A stretch of 47,456 nt of DNA, taken from positions 1 through 47,456 of the forward strand of contig JBFELL010000002.1 of NCBI GenBank assembly GCA_041552135.1, in the 5' to 3' direction. Source of the stretch: Gammaproteobacteria bacterium (lineage in GTDB: Bacteria > Pseudomonadota > Gammaproteobacteria > UBA9214). Under the pieces are notes generated by a model, which did no database searches, was not told the origin of the DNA, and saw only the letters and a list, made by a program, of their open reading frames with translations. The position numbers and the translations under genes are program-made. Below, piece after piece: positions 8,728 to 20,293 of the stretch. The stretch's first letter is position 1. Every line of letters begins with the position of its first letter.

Positions 8728-9846
8728 TCACTCTGCCTCATACTGACTCGCCACCCCGGCCGTGATGCGCCAGTCCTCGCCGACCGCCCGGATATCGCGC
8801 AGCTGCAGCCGGATGCGCTGCGCCATTTTTTCCAGTCCCGGCAGGTGGAACAGACCGCGCGCGGTATCGCCCATCAGGTGCGGTGCCATGTAGATCACGA
8901 GTTCATCGACCAGCCCCGCGTCCAGCATGGCACCCGACAGGCGGGCACCGGCTTCCAGATGCAACTCGTTCACCTCCAGGCGGGCAAGATACTGCATGAC
9001 GGCCGCCAGATCGGGGCGAGCGCCACGCGTCGGCAGGGTGACCACAGAGACACCGGGCCGCACCAGGGCGGCTTCCCCGGTCGCGTCCTCCAGAGCCGTC
9101 ACGACCAGGGTCTCACCCGGCTGCTGCAGCAGCTTCGCTGCGGGCGGCAAGCGCAGGCCACTGTCGATTACCACCCGCAGTGGCTGCAGCAGTGTCGCGC
9201 CGTCATGCCCCGCCAGCCGTGCTGTCAGGGAGGGATCGTCGGCCAGCACGGTGCCAATGCCGGTCATGATCGCCGAACTGCGCGCCCGCAGCCGGTGAAC
9301 GTCCTCGCGCGCGGCCGGGCCCGTGATCCACTGGCTTTCACCGCTGGCCATGGCCGTGCGCCCGTCCAGACTCATCGCCAGCTTGCAGCGGACCCACGGA
9401 CGCCCCCGGCGCATGCGCATGACAAACCCCGGATTCAGCAACTCCGCTTCCTGCTCCAGCAGGCCGTCCGCCACCTCGATGCCCGCATCACGCAGGGCCT
9501 GCAGACCCTGACCGGCGACCTGCGGGTTGGGATCCTGCATCGCGACAACGGCCCGGCTGACACCCGAGGCGATCAGGGCATCGGCACAGGGCGGTGTACG
9601 GCCGTGATGACTGCAGGGTTCCAGCGTGATATAGGCCGTGGCGCCGGCGGCGGCACTGCCGGCCTGCTGCAGCGCGTGGACCTCGGCGTGCGGACTGCCG
9701 GCCCGCTCGTGCCAGCCTTCGCCGACAACGCGGCCGTCGCTGACCACGACACAGCCGACGCGCGGATTCGGGTCGGTGGTGAACAGGCCCCGCTCTGCGA
9801 GTCGCAGGGCGCGTGCCATGAAGCGATGATCGTCAGTGGAAAACAC
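8728..9846 (-). CDS. ribD: bifunctional diaminohydroxyphosphoribosylaminopyrimidine deaminase / 5-amino-6-(5-phosphoribosylamino)uracil reductase
   Basis: 372 aa. It has the CMP/dCMP deaminase zinc motifs (HAEVHAL, PCSHHGRTPPC) followed by a reductase domain. GTG start at 9846; an alternative ATG lies at 9819. Confidence 0.92.
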   Translation of the reverse strand: MFSTDDHRFMARALRLAERGLFTTDPNPRVGCVVVSDGRVVGEGWHERAGSPHAEVHALQQAGSAAAGATAYITLEPCSHHGRTPPCADALIASGVSRAVVAMQDPNPQVAGQGLQALRDAGIEVADGLLEQEAELLNPGFVMRMRRGRPWVRCKLAMSLDGRTAMASGESQWITGPAAREDVHRLRARSSAIMTGIGTVLADDPSLTARLAGHDGATLLQPLRVVIDSGLRLPPAAKLLQQPGETLVVTALEDATGEAALVRPGVSVVTLPTRGARPDLAAVMQYLARLEVNELHLEAGARLSGAMLDAGLVDELVIYMAPHLMGDTARGLFHLPGLEKMAQRIRLQLRDIRAVGEDWRITAGVASQYEAE

Positions 9847-9929
9847 GCTCAGGCAGGAACTCCGGAAATACGGACAGGATAATGGAAGAGCTCACCAGGC
9901 AGGACACGTTGCCTGCCGCCAGCGCCGGG

Positions 9930-10430
9930 CTACTCCTCCGGCAGCAGCGATATCTGGTCCTTCTTGTCCTCGGCGGTGGGTTCACGCTCCAGTTTCTCGA
10001 TAGCCTCGCGAAACTCGTTGACGTCCTCGAAACTGCGATACACGGAGGCAAAGCGCACGAATGCCACCTGGTCGAGCTCCTTGAGCTCATGCATGACCCA
10101 CTCACCCAGCAGGCGCGACTGGATCTCGCGCTCCCCCGTGGCACGCAGGCGGTGCTGGATCCGGCTGATGGCGGCATCGACGCTTTCGGCATCCACCGGG
10201 CGTTTTTCCAGCGAACGCAGGATGCCGCCCGAGAGTTTTTTATCATCATAGGGTTCGCGCGCACCGTTGCTCTTGATGATCCGCGGCATGACCAGTTCCG
10301 CCGATTCGAAAGTGGTAAATCGCTCGCCGCAGGCCAGGCACTCGCGGCGACGACGCACCTGGGTACCTTCGCTGGCAAGCCGCGAGTCAATTACCTTGGT
10401 GTCTTCAGCCCTGCAGAATGGACAATACAT
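9930..10430 (-). CDS. nrdR: transcriptional repressor NrdR
   Basis: It has the [17 protein letters not shown] zinc-ribbon N-terminus plus an ATP-cone. The position upstream of ribD is conserved. Confidence 0.95.
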   Translation of the reverse strand: MYCPFCRAEDTKVIDSRLASEGTQVRRRRECLACGERFTTFESAELVMPRIIKSNGAREPYDDKKLSGGILRSLEKRPVDAESVDAAISRIQHRLRATGEREIQSRLLGEWVMHELKELDQVAFVRFASVYRSFEDVNEFREAIEKLEREPTAEDKKDQISLLPEE

Positions 10431-10444
10431 GCCTTTACCGACCG

Positions 10445-11698
10445 CTAAGCATACACCGGGAAGCGCCGGCAGATCGCCAGAACCTTGTCCCTGACCTCGG
10501 CGATGGTCTCCTGGTTCTCGAGATCATCGAGTATGTCGCACATCCAGCCCGCCAGTTCGCGAACCTCGGCCTCGCCAAAGCCGCGCGTGGTCACTGCCGG
10601 GGTACCGACACGAATACCGCTGGTCACAAACGGCGACTGCGGATCATTCGGTACCGCGTTCATATTCACCGTGATGTTGGCGGCACCCAGCGCGGCATCG
10701 GCCGCCTTGCCGGTCAGGCCGCGTTCGATAAAACTGACCAGGAACAGGTGGTCGTCAGTGCCGCCGGACACCACGTCGTAGCCGCGCTCGATAAACACCG
10801 CCGCCATGGCCCGGGCATTGTCCAGCACCTGCTGCTGGTAATCCCGGAAGGCCGGCTCCAGCGCCTCCCTGAACGCCACTGCCTTGGCGGCAATGACATG
10901 CATGAGCGGACCGCCCTGCGTACCGGGGAACACCAGGGAATTGAATTTCTTCTCCAGCTCCGGGTTGGCGCGCGCCAGGATGATGCCGCCGCGCGGTCCG
11001 CGCAGCGTCTTGTGTGTCGTCGAGGTAGTGACGTCGGCGATATTCACCGGGCTGGGGTAGAGGCCGGCGGCGACCAGCCCGGCCACGTGCGCCATATCGA
11101 CGAACAGGAATGCCCCGATGCTGTCGGCGATATCGCGAAAGCGCTGCCAGTCGACCTGGAGCGAGTAGGCGGAGAAACCGGCCACCACCATCTTCGGCCG
11201 GTGTTCCTGCGCCAGCGCCTCGACCTGGTCGTAGTCGATCTCGCCGGTCTCGTTGTTGAGTCCGTACTGCACGGCATTGAACAGCTTGCCGGAGAAGTTG
11301 ACCTTCGAGCCGTGAGTCAGGTGCCCGCCATCGGCCAGGCTCATGCCGAGCAGGGTATCGCCCGGCTTCAGCAGGGCCAGGTAGACCGCGGCATTCGCCT
11401 GTGAACCGGAATGCGGCTGGACGTTGGCGTAGTCGGCGTTGAACAACTGCTTGACCCGGTCGATTGCCAGCTGCTCGGCGACATCGACGTATTCACAGCC
11501 GCCGTAGTAGCGCTTGCCGGGGTAGCCCTCGGCGTACTTGTTGGTCAGCACCGAACCCTGTGCCTCCAGCACGCGCGGGCTGGCATAGTTCTCGGATGCA
11601 ATCAGTTCGATATGTTCTTCCTGGCGCCGGCGCTCGCCCTGGATGGCATCCGATAGCTCATCGTCGTAGCCGGCAATGCGCATGTCCTTGTCAAACAT
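10445..11698 (-). CDS. glyA: serine hydroxymethyltransferase
   Basis: 417 aa with full-length SHMT similarity, including the PLP-lysine region [15 protein letters not shown]. Confidence 0.96.
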   Translation of the reverse strand: MFDKDMRIAGYDDELSDAIQGERRRQEEHIELIASENYASPRVLEAQGSVLTNKYAEGYPGKRYYGGCEYVDVAEQLAIDRVKQLFNADYANVQPHSGSQANAAVYLALLKPGDTLLGMSLADGGHLTHGSKVNFSGKLFNAVQYGLNNETGEIDYDQVEALAQEHRPKMVVAGFSAYSLQVDWQRFRDIADSIGAFLFVDMAHVAGLVAAGLYPSPVNIADVTTSTTHKTLRGPRGGIILARANPELEKKFNSLVFPGTQGGPLMHVIAAKAVAFREALEPAFRDYQQQVLDNARAMAAVFIERGYDVVSGGTDDHLFLVSFIERGLTGKAADAALGAANITVNMNAVPNDPQSPFVTSGIRVGTPAVTTRGFGEAEVRELAGWMCDILDDLENQETIAEVRDKVLAICRRFPVYA

Positions 11699-11886
11699 CG
11701 GGATATCCTGGCGCCGAAGCGGGTTGTTCGATTGGCCCGGAATGATAGCCGATCTGGCGGGGGCTTGCGAACAGACCGCCTGCGGCTAAAACGGATTCTC
11801 CTGCCATGTCGGGCGCTCGACAGGGCCACGGCCGCGCTCTGGCGACCAGGCCAGCGCCCGGTGGACGCCGGGCAGCCAGGGCGGCC

Positions 11887-12378
11887 TCAGGCAAGCAGTT
11901 TTTTCGCCAGTTTCACCACCTTCTCGCAGGCCTCGGCACAGGCCCGGCACTCGATATGGTGGTCATGCCGGCGGCATTCCATTTCGCAGTCCTCGCAGGC
12001 GGTAATGCAGATCCTGGCATAGTCCCTGGTGTATTCCGAGTTGGCCGCCAGCAGGTAGGAATAGGCATCGCAGATGGCCTGCATTTCGTGCACCTTGGCG
12101 GCACACTCCGCCAGGCTCGTGTCCCCCTCCTGGAATACCACCAGGCAATGGGCGATGCATTGCTGGCCCTTGACCAGGCAGTCATTGACCGCGGCCAGCA
12201 ACCCGGCATATTGCGGCTTGTGCTTTGAATGGTCGTGCTTTTGTTCGATGCCGGCAGAGGCCATACCGCTGGCCAGTGCCGAGGCCGCCAGTGTGCCGGC
12301 ACCGATCAATACCTCCCGCCGGGTAACGCCCCCGGATGCTTGCTGATTATCAACCCGCCGCTGTGTCGTGTTTTTCAT
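11887..12378 (-). CDS. Tat-exported four-helix-bundle cysteine-rich copper-binding protein (DUF326 / Csp1-like)
   Basis: 163 aa. The start is the ATG at 12378, preceded by GAGGAG. A twin-arginine signal (TRREVLIGAG...ASA) is followed by a His/Lys-rich stretch. The mature part has 12 Cys arranged mostly as CxxxC on predicted helices (CIAHC, CITAC, CEMEC, CRAC, CAEAC). The 424-aa track ORF is an artefactual 5' extension into the neighbouring gene. Confidence 0.75.
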   Translation of the reverse strand: MKNTTQRRVDNQQASGGVTRREVLIGAGTLAASALASGMASAGIEQKHDHSKHKPQYAGLLAAVNDCLVKGQQCIAHCLVVFQEGDTSLAECAAKVHEMQAICDAYSYLLAANSEYTRDYARICITACEDCEMECRRHDHHIECRACAEACEKVVKLAKKLLA

Positions 12379-12532
12379 GGTATCTCCTCGCAGTGAATGA
12401 ACCTGCCCGTATTGCAGGATCCGTGGTAGCCGACAGGGACCGATGATTCCGCCGTTCCCGATTAGATAACAAACCCGGCAGCCTGTCACGGATGGCCACC
12501 ATCCCGGCGAGCATGGCCTTTGGCGGCAGGGA

Positions 12533-13483
12533 CTATTGCCCGGCGTCAGCCAGCTCGGACACGACGGCCGTCCAGGCCCGGGCGAGATTGTCCCGGTTGT
12601 ACCCGCCGCCGCCCATGGCCAGCAGCCGTCCCCGGCAGTGCCGGTCCGCCAGCACACACAGGCGCCGCGCGGCATGTGCATGGGCCGCGACCGTGTACTG
12701 CAGGTGGGTAATGGGATCGCCGGCGATGCTGTCGGCACCGCACTGCAGCAGGATGAACTCGGGCGCGTGCGCATCGACGAAGGCCTCCGCCTTGTTCCAC
12801 GCCGCATAAAAGGCCTCGTCACCGGCCTGCATGGGCATGGGCAGGTTGAGCTTGAGGCCCTGCCCCGCCCCGGTGCCTGTCTCTTCCGCTGCACCGGTTC
12901 CCGGGTACAGGTACCGGCCATCCTCGTGCAGATCGGCAAACACCAGCTCCGGATCGTCCTCGAAGGCGTAATACACGCCATCGCCATGGTGGGCATCGAT
13001 GTCGACGTAGGCCACGCGACGCAGGCCATGCACTGAACGCAGCGTCTCGATCGCCACGCCGCAGTCATTGAAGACGCAAAAACCCGCGGCGCTGTCGCGG
13101 CGGGCATGGTGCAGGCCGGCAATGGGCACGAAGGCACGGCGGCACTCGCCCGCCACCACATGGTCGATGGCGTCGAGAACGCTGCCGACCACGTAGGCGG
13201 CGGCCTCGTAGATACCCGGGAATGCCGGAGTATCCCCCAGGTCGAGATAACCCGTGCCCGTGGCAGACTGGCCGATCACCCGATCAACATAGGCGGCGGT
13301 GTGAAATCGCTCGATACTGTCACGGTCAGCCATGACCGGCGGGCGTAGCGTGAGGCGTGACTCCAGGCCGGCGGACTGCGCCGCCAGCCAGAAGACCCCC
13401 ATACGGTCCGGGCCGAACGGGTGCCCCTGGCCAAAACCGTAACGGGCCAGCTCTTCCCCGAGGTAAACACAGGCAGCGCTCAT
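12533..13483 (-). CDS. histone deacetylase family protein (AcuC/acetoin utilisation-like deacetylase)
   Basis: 316 aa. The class I/II HDAC catalytic motifs are present (GLHHARRDSAAGFCVFND, DIDAHHGDGV, GGGGYN). Confidence 0.85.
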   Translation of the reverse strand: MSAACVYLGEELARYGFGQGHPFGPDRMGVFWLAAQSAGLESRLTLRPPVMADRDSIERFHTAAYVDRVIGQSATGTGYLDLGDTPAFPGIYEAAAYVVGSVLDAIDHVVAGECRRAFVPIAGLHHARRDSAAGFCVFNDCGVAIETLRSVHGLRRVAYVDIDAHHGDGVYYAFEDDPELVFADLHEDGRYLYPGTGAAEETGTGAGQGLKLNLPMPMQAGDEAFYAAWNKAEAFVDAHAPEFILLQCGADSIAGDPITHLQYTVAAHAHAARRLCVLADRHCRGRLLAMGGGGYNRDNLARAWTAVVSELADAGQ

Positions 13484-13690
13484 GTCATCAGTCTAGCGCG
13501 ACCCGGCTGCCAGGGCGGCATTCCCGTACCTGACCGGCAAGCGCAGCGAAGCCAGGACTGACAGCGAATTGCAGCAGTACATGCAGTCTGTATCCTACCT
13601 TTATGTTTTTACGACCTAAATCACAGCGCTGTCTTTTGCCTCCGATCTCCCTATAATGTCCAGCCCCGTTTTACCCGGATAACACACCCC

Positions 13691-15358
<1,668 letters not shown>

Positions 15359-15397
15359 AATTTTCGCTTATTCTCAAGATGCTGGATAAATCAAGCC

Positions 15398-16870
15398 ATG
15401 TCCCGAAGTAACGCCGATAAAACCCGCGAGTTTCAGAAGAAAATGCGCACACAGGGAGCCGCCGGTTTCGCCGCCGGCCCCTGGAAGGATGTCGAGGAGT
15501 CCCTCGGCATGGACCAGTCCGTTGTCGTCGACCAGGATGGCAATCCGGTCTGGTCAGTACAGCACACTCGCAAGCCCCGACATGCGGTCTCGCGCAGCGG
15601 CTTCGACCGGCTGCTGGGCGGGGTGGCCGTACTGGCGCTTGCCACGCTGCTCACCAGCGCGCTGGCCATCTATTTCGAGCAGACACGCGAACCCGGCGAC
15701 GGCGGCCGGATTGCCGGCAGCGAGACGGCAAGCGATACGGATGCCGGGAACACGATTACCCTGCTGCGACCGCCCGCGGCGGGTTACATTGACCGGCCGG
15801 CCGTTGAAGTGGTGGAAAATTCCGCGAGCGACAGGGACATCATGCAGGGCACCCTGGATACCGCCACAGCGCCAGCCACCGGGGACAGGCTGCCGGGCAT
15901 GACTGAAACCGGCACCGATCAGGGCCTCGCCAGCGCAGCGCCCGGCGCGACAGCCGGAACACCCCCGGTCAGCGACGCCATGGCGGCAACCGGCACGCCG
16001 GACACGACCACCGGGATTGCGGCCAGGGATGAGGCAAGCGCCTCTCTGCCCGAATCGCCCGCACTGGACCACACCGCCGCGGCGCCGGTGGATGCCCTGT
16101 CAGCCCTCGACCCGGACACGGCGCAGGACATCGAGGCCATCACGCGGCAGGAACCGCCCGCGGCCAGTGCCGGACCGACGGCATCGGCCGGCATGACCCG
16201 CGAGGTGGCAAGCGGGACACCACCGGTTGCCGCACCAGCCACGGCCGATGAAACCCTGACCGCCATTGAGCCGCCAGCCGGCCCTGACCTGACCGCTGGC
16301 GCATCGGCACCTGTCCTCGCAGAGACCCCGCAAGACATGCCGGCCATGGCAGATGCAGATACCGCGGTGATGACCGCTGCCATGGAAAGCCCCGACCCCG
16401 GCGAACCGGCCAGTCCCGATCTGGCGGCAGCGGACAGGCTGACTGGGGCGGCGCAGGCGAACCCCATGCCGCAAACCAGCGCAGTGTCGCCGGCAGACAC
16501 CCAGACCACCGGCACGAACCGGCTGGCCCAGCTGGAGCCGGCAACCCCCCCCGTGTCGCCTGCCGGCGCTGTCGCGACTGAACTCGGGGAAACCGCGCCG
16601 GAGACCGTGGATGGGGTGCCCCTGCCGGGGGTTACCGGCCGCTGGATCATTAACCTGGCGTCTTACGCCGGCCCGAAGACCGCCAGTCGCATGCAGCAGA
16701 AATTCGAGGCCCTCGGTGTCAGTACCGAGAAGCAGGTCGCCGAGGTGAACGGCGCGACCATGTACCGCCTGCGCATCGCCTCCTTCGAGTCCCGCGGGGA
16801 TGCCGAGGCCTACTTCGATTCCATCAAGGACACGCTGGGCCTGGAGTCGGCCTGGATCACGAAGAAATAA
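15398..16870 (+). CDS. SPOR domain-containing membrane protein with a long Ala/Pro/Thr-rich linker
   Basis: It has one transmembrane segment (VAVLALATLLTSALAIYF), about 330 aa of low-complexity A/P/T/D sequence, and a C-terminal SPOR-like domain (WIINLASY...YRLRIASFESRGDAEAY). Confidence 0.8.
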   Translation: MSRSNADKTREFQKKMRTQGAAGFAAGPWKDVEESLGMDQSVVVDQDGNPVWSVQHTRKPRHAVSRSGFDRLLGGVAVLALATLLTSALAIYFEQTREPGDGGRIAGSETASDTDAGNTITLLRPPAAGYIDRPAVEVVENSASDRDIMQGTLDTATAPATGDRLPGMTETGTDQGLASAAPGATAGTPPVSDAMAATGTPDTTTGIAARDEASASLPESPALDHTAAAPVDALSALDPDTAQDIEAITRQEPPAASAGPTASAGMTREVASGTPPVAAPATADETLTAIEPPAGPDLTAGASAPVLAETPQDMPAMADADTAVMTAAMESPDPGEPASPDLAAADRLTGAAQANPMPQTSAVSPADTQTTGTNRLAQLEPATPPVSPAGAVATELGETAPETVDGVPLPGVTGRWIINLASYAGPKTASRMQQKFEALGVSTEKQVAEVNGATMYRLRIASFESRGDAEAYFDSIKDTLGLESAWITKK

Positions 16871-16896
16871 AGCGCCTGCCGGCTGAGCGGCGCTAA

Positions 16897-16921
16897 CCCG
16901 CAGCCAGTTGCTGCCTGCGGG
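16897..16921. terminator. GC-rich hairpin between convergent genes (possible terminator, no U-tract)
   Basis: CCCGCAGccagttgctgcCTGCGGG lies between the stop of the SPOR gene (16870) and the stop of the dienelactone hydrolase gene (16931). It lacks a clear T-run, so function is uncertain. Confidence 0.3.
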
Positions 16922-16930
16922 ATGCCGTCA

Positions 16931-17728
16931 CTACGGGAAGATCGCCTTCAGAAACGCCTGCAGCCGCTGCCAGGAATCCGCATCGGCCTTCGCATCGTAG
17001 GCCAGCGGCATGTCGAATTGCTTGCCGAAGCTGTCGGCATCGGGGTTGGTAAAGCTGTGCCTGACGCCGGGATAGTTCACCAGCGTGAAGTCGACACCGG
17101 CGGCTTCCATCTCCTGCTCGAATGCCTGTACCTGTTCCGGCGGCACGAAGGGATCGGCGGCACCGTTCAGCACCAGCACGCGGGCCTTCACTCTGCCGGG
17201 TTGCGCCGGCGACTGAGTCCCGAGGCTGCCATGGAAACTCGCCACGCCGTCCAGGTCCATGCCGGCACGCGCCATGTGCAGCACCATGCCACCACCGAAA
17301 CAGTAACCAATGGCCGCGATACGCTCTGCATCCACCGTATCCTGCTGGCGGAGAACCTCGAGCGCCCTGCCGAATCTGGCCTGTGCCGCCTGCATGTCCG
17401 ACGTCACGGCCGTCATGAACCGCTTTGCATCATCCGGATGGTCCGCGAGTTTTCCGCTGCCATACATGTCCAGGGCAAACGCCGTGTAGCCAAGCCCGGC
17501 CAGCATCTCGGCGCGCTTGCGCACATAGGGATTGTGGCCCCACCACTCGTGCACCACCAGCACACCGGGGCGCCTTGCCGTACTGGCATCGTCCCATGCC
17601 AGGTAACCACTGAAGCTGTCATCACCCATGCGGTATTCAATGACCTCGGTGCGCAGGGCGGCAACGCCCGCGCCACTGCCCGCCGTGGCAAGGACCAGCA
17701 GCAAGATCAGACCTGGCGCTCGATTCAT
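16931..17728 (-). CDS. dienelactone hydrolase family protein (secreted)
   Basis: A signal peptide is followed by DLH-type alpha/beta-hydrolase motifs (VVHEWWGHN, GYCFGG nucleophile elbow). I chose the ATG at 17728 because it has a GGAGG 5 nt upstream. The track start at 17740 lies inside that SD. Confidence 0.85.
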   Translation of the reverse strand: MNRAPGLILLLVLATAGSGAGVAALRTEVIEYRMGDDSFSGYLAWDDASTARRPGVLVVHEWWGHNPYVRKRAEMLAGLGYTAFALDMYGSGKLADHPDDAKRFMTAVTSDMQAAQARFGRALEVLRQQDTVDAERIAAIGYCFGGGMVLHMARAGMDLDGVASFHGSLGTQSPAQPGRVKARVLVLNGAADPFVPPEQVQAFEQEMEAAGVDFTLVNYPGVRHSFTNPDADSFGKQFDMPLAYDAKADADSWQRLQAFLKAIFP

Positions 17729-17751
17729 AAAGACCTCCATGGCGATACAGG

Positions 17752-17921
17752 GTTAACGGCAATGGCACTTACTAAAGCACCAATCCAGATAAATAGCCAC
17801 GGAATCACACGGAAGATATCGACATTGTTAATGAATATTCCGTGTTTTTCAGTGTGCTTCCGTGGCGAATTGGAGGTCAATGGGGGACGACATCTCTCAA
17901 GTAAGTGCCATTCGGGTTAAC
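17752..17921. repeat. palindromic element with GTTAACGG-type ends (copy D) and a nested CACGGAA inverted repeat
   Basis: The outer inverted repeat is GTTAACGGCAATGGCACTTACT (17752-17773) and AGTAAGTGCCATTCGGGTTAAC (17900-17921), matching 19/22. The inner inverted repeat is GCCACGGAATCACACGG (17796-17812) and CAGTGTGCTTCCGTGGC (17850-17866). Confidence 0.6.
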
Positions 17922-18249
17922 GGTGAGAGCGGGAGCGCAACTGCCCGCCGAGCAACAGCATGCCCGCCAGCCCGACCAGAATGCCGGCCAGGATGATCCA
18001 CAGGCGAATGGTTTCGAAGAAATCACCGCGAATCAGCGGGTGATCGGCCGGCAGCAAGCCGAGCAGCACGATGGTAACGCCGGTCAGCACGATGCCGTCC
18101 GGGGTGGATCTGCCGGCCACCACGATATAGGCCAGCGTCTGCAGCAGCAGCGCACCGATAATCGCCAGGTTCGGGTCGGGCAGGGTGAAAAAGCAGACCA
18201 CCGCCAGTGCCGATATCAGGTAGGCGGCCCGCCGGATACCGGGCCTCAT
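17917..18249 (-). CDS. small hypothetical membrane protein (3 predicted TM segments)
   Basis: 110 aa counted from the internal ATG at 18249 (MRPGIRRAAYLISALAVV...), which has GGGAG upstream. The product is strongly hydrophobic with no recognisable family. Its TAA stop lies inside the right arm of repeat copy D. Confidence 0.45.
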   Translation of the reverse strand: MRPGIRRAAYLISALAVVCFFTLPDPNLAIIGALLLQTLAYIVVAGRSTPDGIVLTGVTIVLLGLLPADHPLIRGDFFETIRLWIILAGILVGLAGMLLLGGQLRSRSHR

Positions 18250-18380
18250 CGCTGGCCACTCCCGGTGCAGGGACAACCGGCACGGTTCGATAATAAATTG
18301 TTCGTCATAATGGTACGCTATGGCCGCCGGACAGGCAGGAGTAGCCGGGGTCCGGGAAAAACACAAACAGGAAAAACGCA

Positions 18381-19112
18381 TTGGAGCAAATACGACTTTT
18401 CCTCGGATCCGTGCTTTCCAGTGTACGTGATTTACTGCCGATTGTCCTTGTTGTGGCCTTCTTCCAGATCGTGGTACTGCAGGAACCGGTACCCAACCTG
18501 GACCGGATCCTTGCCGGTAGCCTGCTGGTCATCCTGGGCCTGGCCTTCTTCATCCGGGGGCTGGAACAGGGGCTGTTTCCGATCGGCGAATCGATCGCCT
18601 ATGCCTTTGCCCGCAAGGGCAACCTGTTCTGGTTGCTGCTGTTTGCCTTCGCCCTGGGCTTCGGCACCACCATTGCGGAACCGGCCCTGATCGCGGTCGC
18701 CGAGGAAGCTTCCGAGGTCGCCGCGATGGCGGGTTTCATCGAACATCACGAGGATGCGATGGAGGACTATGCCTTCGGGCTGCGACTGACGGTGGCACTG
18801 TCGGTCGGCTTTGCCATCCTCGTTGGCGTGTACCGCATCATCAAGGGCTGGCCGATCCAGTACTTCATTATCGGCGGTTATATTGGCGTCGTTGTCATGA
18901 CCGCCCTGGCGCCGCGCGAGATCATCGGCATCGCCTACGATTCGGGTGGCGTAACAACCTCGACCGTTACCGTGCCGCTGGTCACGGCACTGGGTGTGGG
19001 TCTGGCGGAAAGTATCAAGGGTCGCAATCCCATGGTCGATGGCTTCGGACTGATCGCCTTTGCCTCGCTGACACCGATGATCTTCGTCATGGGCTACGGC
19101 ATGGTGATCTGA
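18381..19112 (+). CDS. DUF1538-family integral membrane protein, paralogue 1
   Basis: 243 aa and multi-pass. The TTG start is supported by an N-terminal alignment with paralogue 2 and by AGGA 8 nt upstream. Shared motif blocks are [15 protein letters not shown] and [25 protein letters not shown]...[11 protein letters not shown]. The stop overlaps the next start (TGATG). Confidence 0.8.
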   Translation: MEQIRLFLGSVLSSVRDLLPIVLVVAFFQIVVLQEPVPNLDRILAGSLLVILGLAFFIRGLEQGLFPIGESIAYAFARKGNLFWLLLFAFALGFGTTIAEPALIAVAEEASEVAAMAGFIEHHEDAMEDYAFGLRLTVALSVGFAILVGVYRIIKGWPIQYFIIGGYIGVVVMTALAPREIIGIAYDSGGVTTSTVTVPLVTALGVGLAESIKGRNPMVDGFGLIAFASLTPMIFVMGYGMVI

Positions 19113-19912
19113 TGGAACTGCTTGCCCACCTGGCGCGAACCGGCATCGAGACCATTGACGATGTGCTGCCGGTTGCCGGCATCATCGTCGGTTTCCAGGT
19201 GCTGATCCTGCGCCAGCGCATCCCCAACCTGAAAAGCGTCGCGGTCGGAGTCCTCTACGTCCTGATCGGTCTCACGCTGTTTCTGGTCGGGCTGGAGGAG
19301 GCCCTGTTCCCGCTCGGCAAGCTGATGGCGACCCAGCTCACCGACCCGGAATTTATTTTCGGAACCACGGGCGCCATCGCCGAGGCGATGCGCTGGGATG
19401 ACTACCTGTGGGTCTATGTGTTCGCCGCCGCCATCGGTTTTGCCACGACGATTGCCGAACCGGCACTGATCGCCGTCGCCATCAAGGCGCAGCAGGTCTC
19501 GGCCGGGGCGATAACCGTCTGGGGCCTGCGCGTTGCCGTCGCCATCGGCGTCGCGGTCGGTATTGCGCTTGGCACCTTCCGGATCGTAACCGGCACACCA
19601 TTGCACTACTACATCATTGCCGGCTACATCGTCGTGGTCATCCAGACCGTGTTTGCCCCGCGCATGATCATTGCACTGGCCTACGATTCCGGCGGCGTCA
19701 CGACATCGACGGTGACGGTGCCACTGGTGGCGGCCCTCGGCCTCGGCCTGGCCAGCACGGTACCGGGGCGCACCCCGATGATTGACGGTTTCGGCCTCAT
19801 TGCCTTCGCCAGCCTGTTTCCGATCATGGCCGTGATGGGCTATGCACAGATCGGCGAATGGTGGGTGCGGCGCGTTATGGCGAAAAAGCAGGAATCCCGG
19901 CTGCGGGACTGA
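19112..19912 (+). CDS. DUF1538-family integral membrane protein, paralogue 2
   Basis: 266 aa. It has the same motif blocks as paralogue 1 ([40 protein letters not shown]...[11 protein letters not shown]). Confidence 0.8.
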   Translation: MELLAHLARTGIETIDDVLPVAGIIVGFQVLILRQRIPNLKSVAVGVLYVLIGLTLFLVGLEEALFPLGKLMATQLTDPEFIFGTTGAIAEAMRWDDYLWVYVFAAAIGFATTIAEPALIAVAIKAQQVSAGAITVWGLRVAVAIGVAVGIALGTFRIVTGTPLHYYIIAGYIVVVIQTVFAPRMIIALAYDSGGVTTSTVTVPLVAALGLGLASTVPGRTPMIDGFGLIAFASLFPIMAVMGYAQIGEWWVRRVMAKKQESRLRD

Positions 19913-19942
19913 CATGTTTAGCGTGCAAAGGAGTATACAGTC

Positions 19943-20293
19943 ATGCATTTCAAACTGATTATTGCCCTGGTTGATGACACCAGAACCAACATCATCATGG
20001 ACGCCGCCCGCAAGGCGGGCGCCACGGGTGCCACGGTACTGAGCCAGGTGCGTGGCGAGGGTATCGAGGAGGCCAAGACCTTCTTCGGCCTGAATCTGGA
20101 GTCCCAGCGCGACATGCTGCTGTTTCTGGTCGAGGAACACCTCGCGCGGGATATCCTGGAGTGCATTGCCGATATGGGCGGGTTTGAAGAGAAACCGGGC
20201 GCCGGCATCGCCTTCCAGCTGGATGTGGAAGACGCCCTTGGCGTGTCGGGCCAGATACGCAAACTCACAGATGTCGTGGAGGAAAAGCTATGA
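19943..20293 (+). CDS. PII-like (GlnB-fold) signal transduction protein
   Basis: 116 aa, with AAGGAG 9 nt upstream. The length and hydrophobic pattern follow the PII ferredoxin-like fold (FKLIIALV..., GATGATV, MLLFLV..., GAGIAFQLDV). The loop sequence is not that of canonical GlnB/GlnK. Confidence 0.75.
   Translation: MHFKLIIALVDDTRTNIIMDAARKAGATGATVLSQVRGEGIEEAKTFFGLNLESQRDMLLFLVEEHLARDILECIADMGGFEEKPGAGIAFQLDVEDALGVSGQIRKLTDVVEEKL

Noticed and set aside
9833-10390. 185-aa minus-strand ORF in an alternative frame of nrdR.
   Set aside because: NrdR (9930-10430) is unambiguous. The alternative frame gives an Arg/Ser/Cys-rich product with no start context.
11699-11886. Possible riboswitch or leader (for example ZTP/pfl) upstream of glyA.
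   Set aside because: The minus-strand leader has a GC stem (CGGGCGCT...AGCGCCCG). It lacks the ZTP signature elements (GACUGGCG ... CCGCCUGGGC) as I recall them. There is no support without a covariance-model search.
12379-13161. N-terminal 260 codons of the 424-aa ORF 11887-13161 (minus strand).
   Set aside because: This part overlaps the well-supported HDAC-family gene (12533-13483) in another frame, and its product is Pro/Arg/Cys/Thr-rich nonsense. The real gene starts at ATG 12378, which has a GAGGAG SD and a Tat signal.
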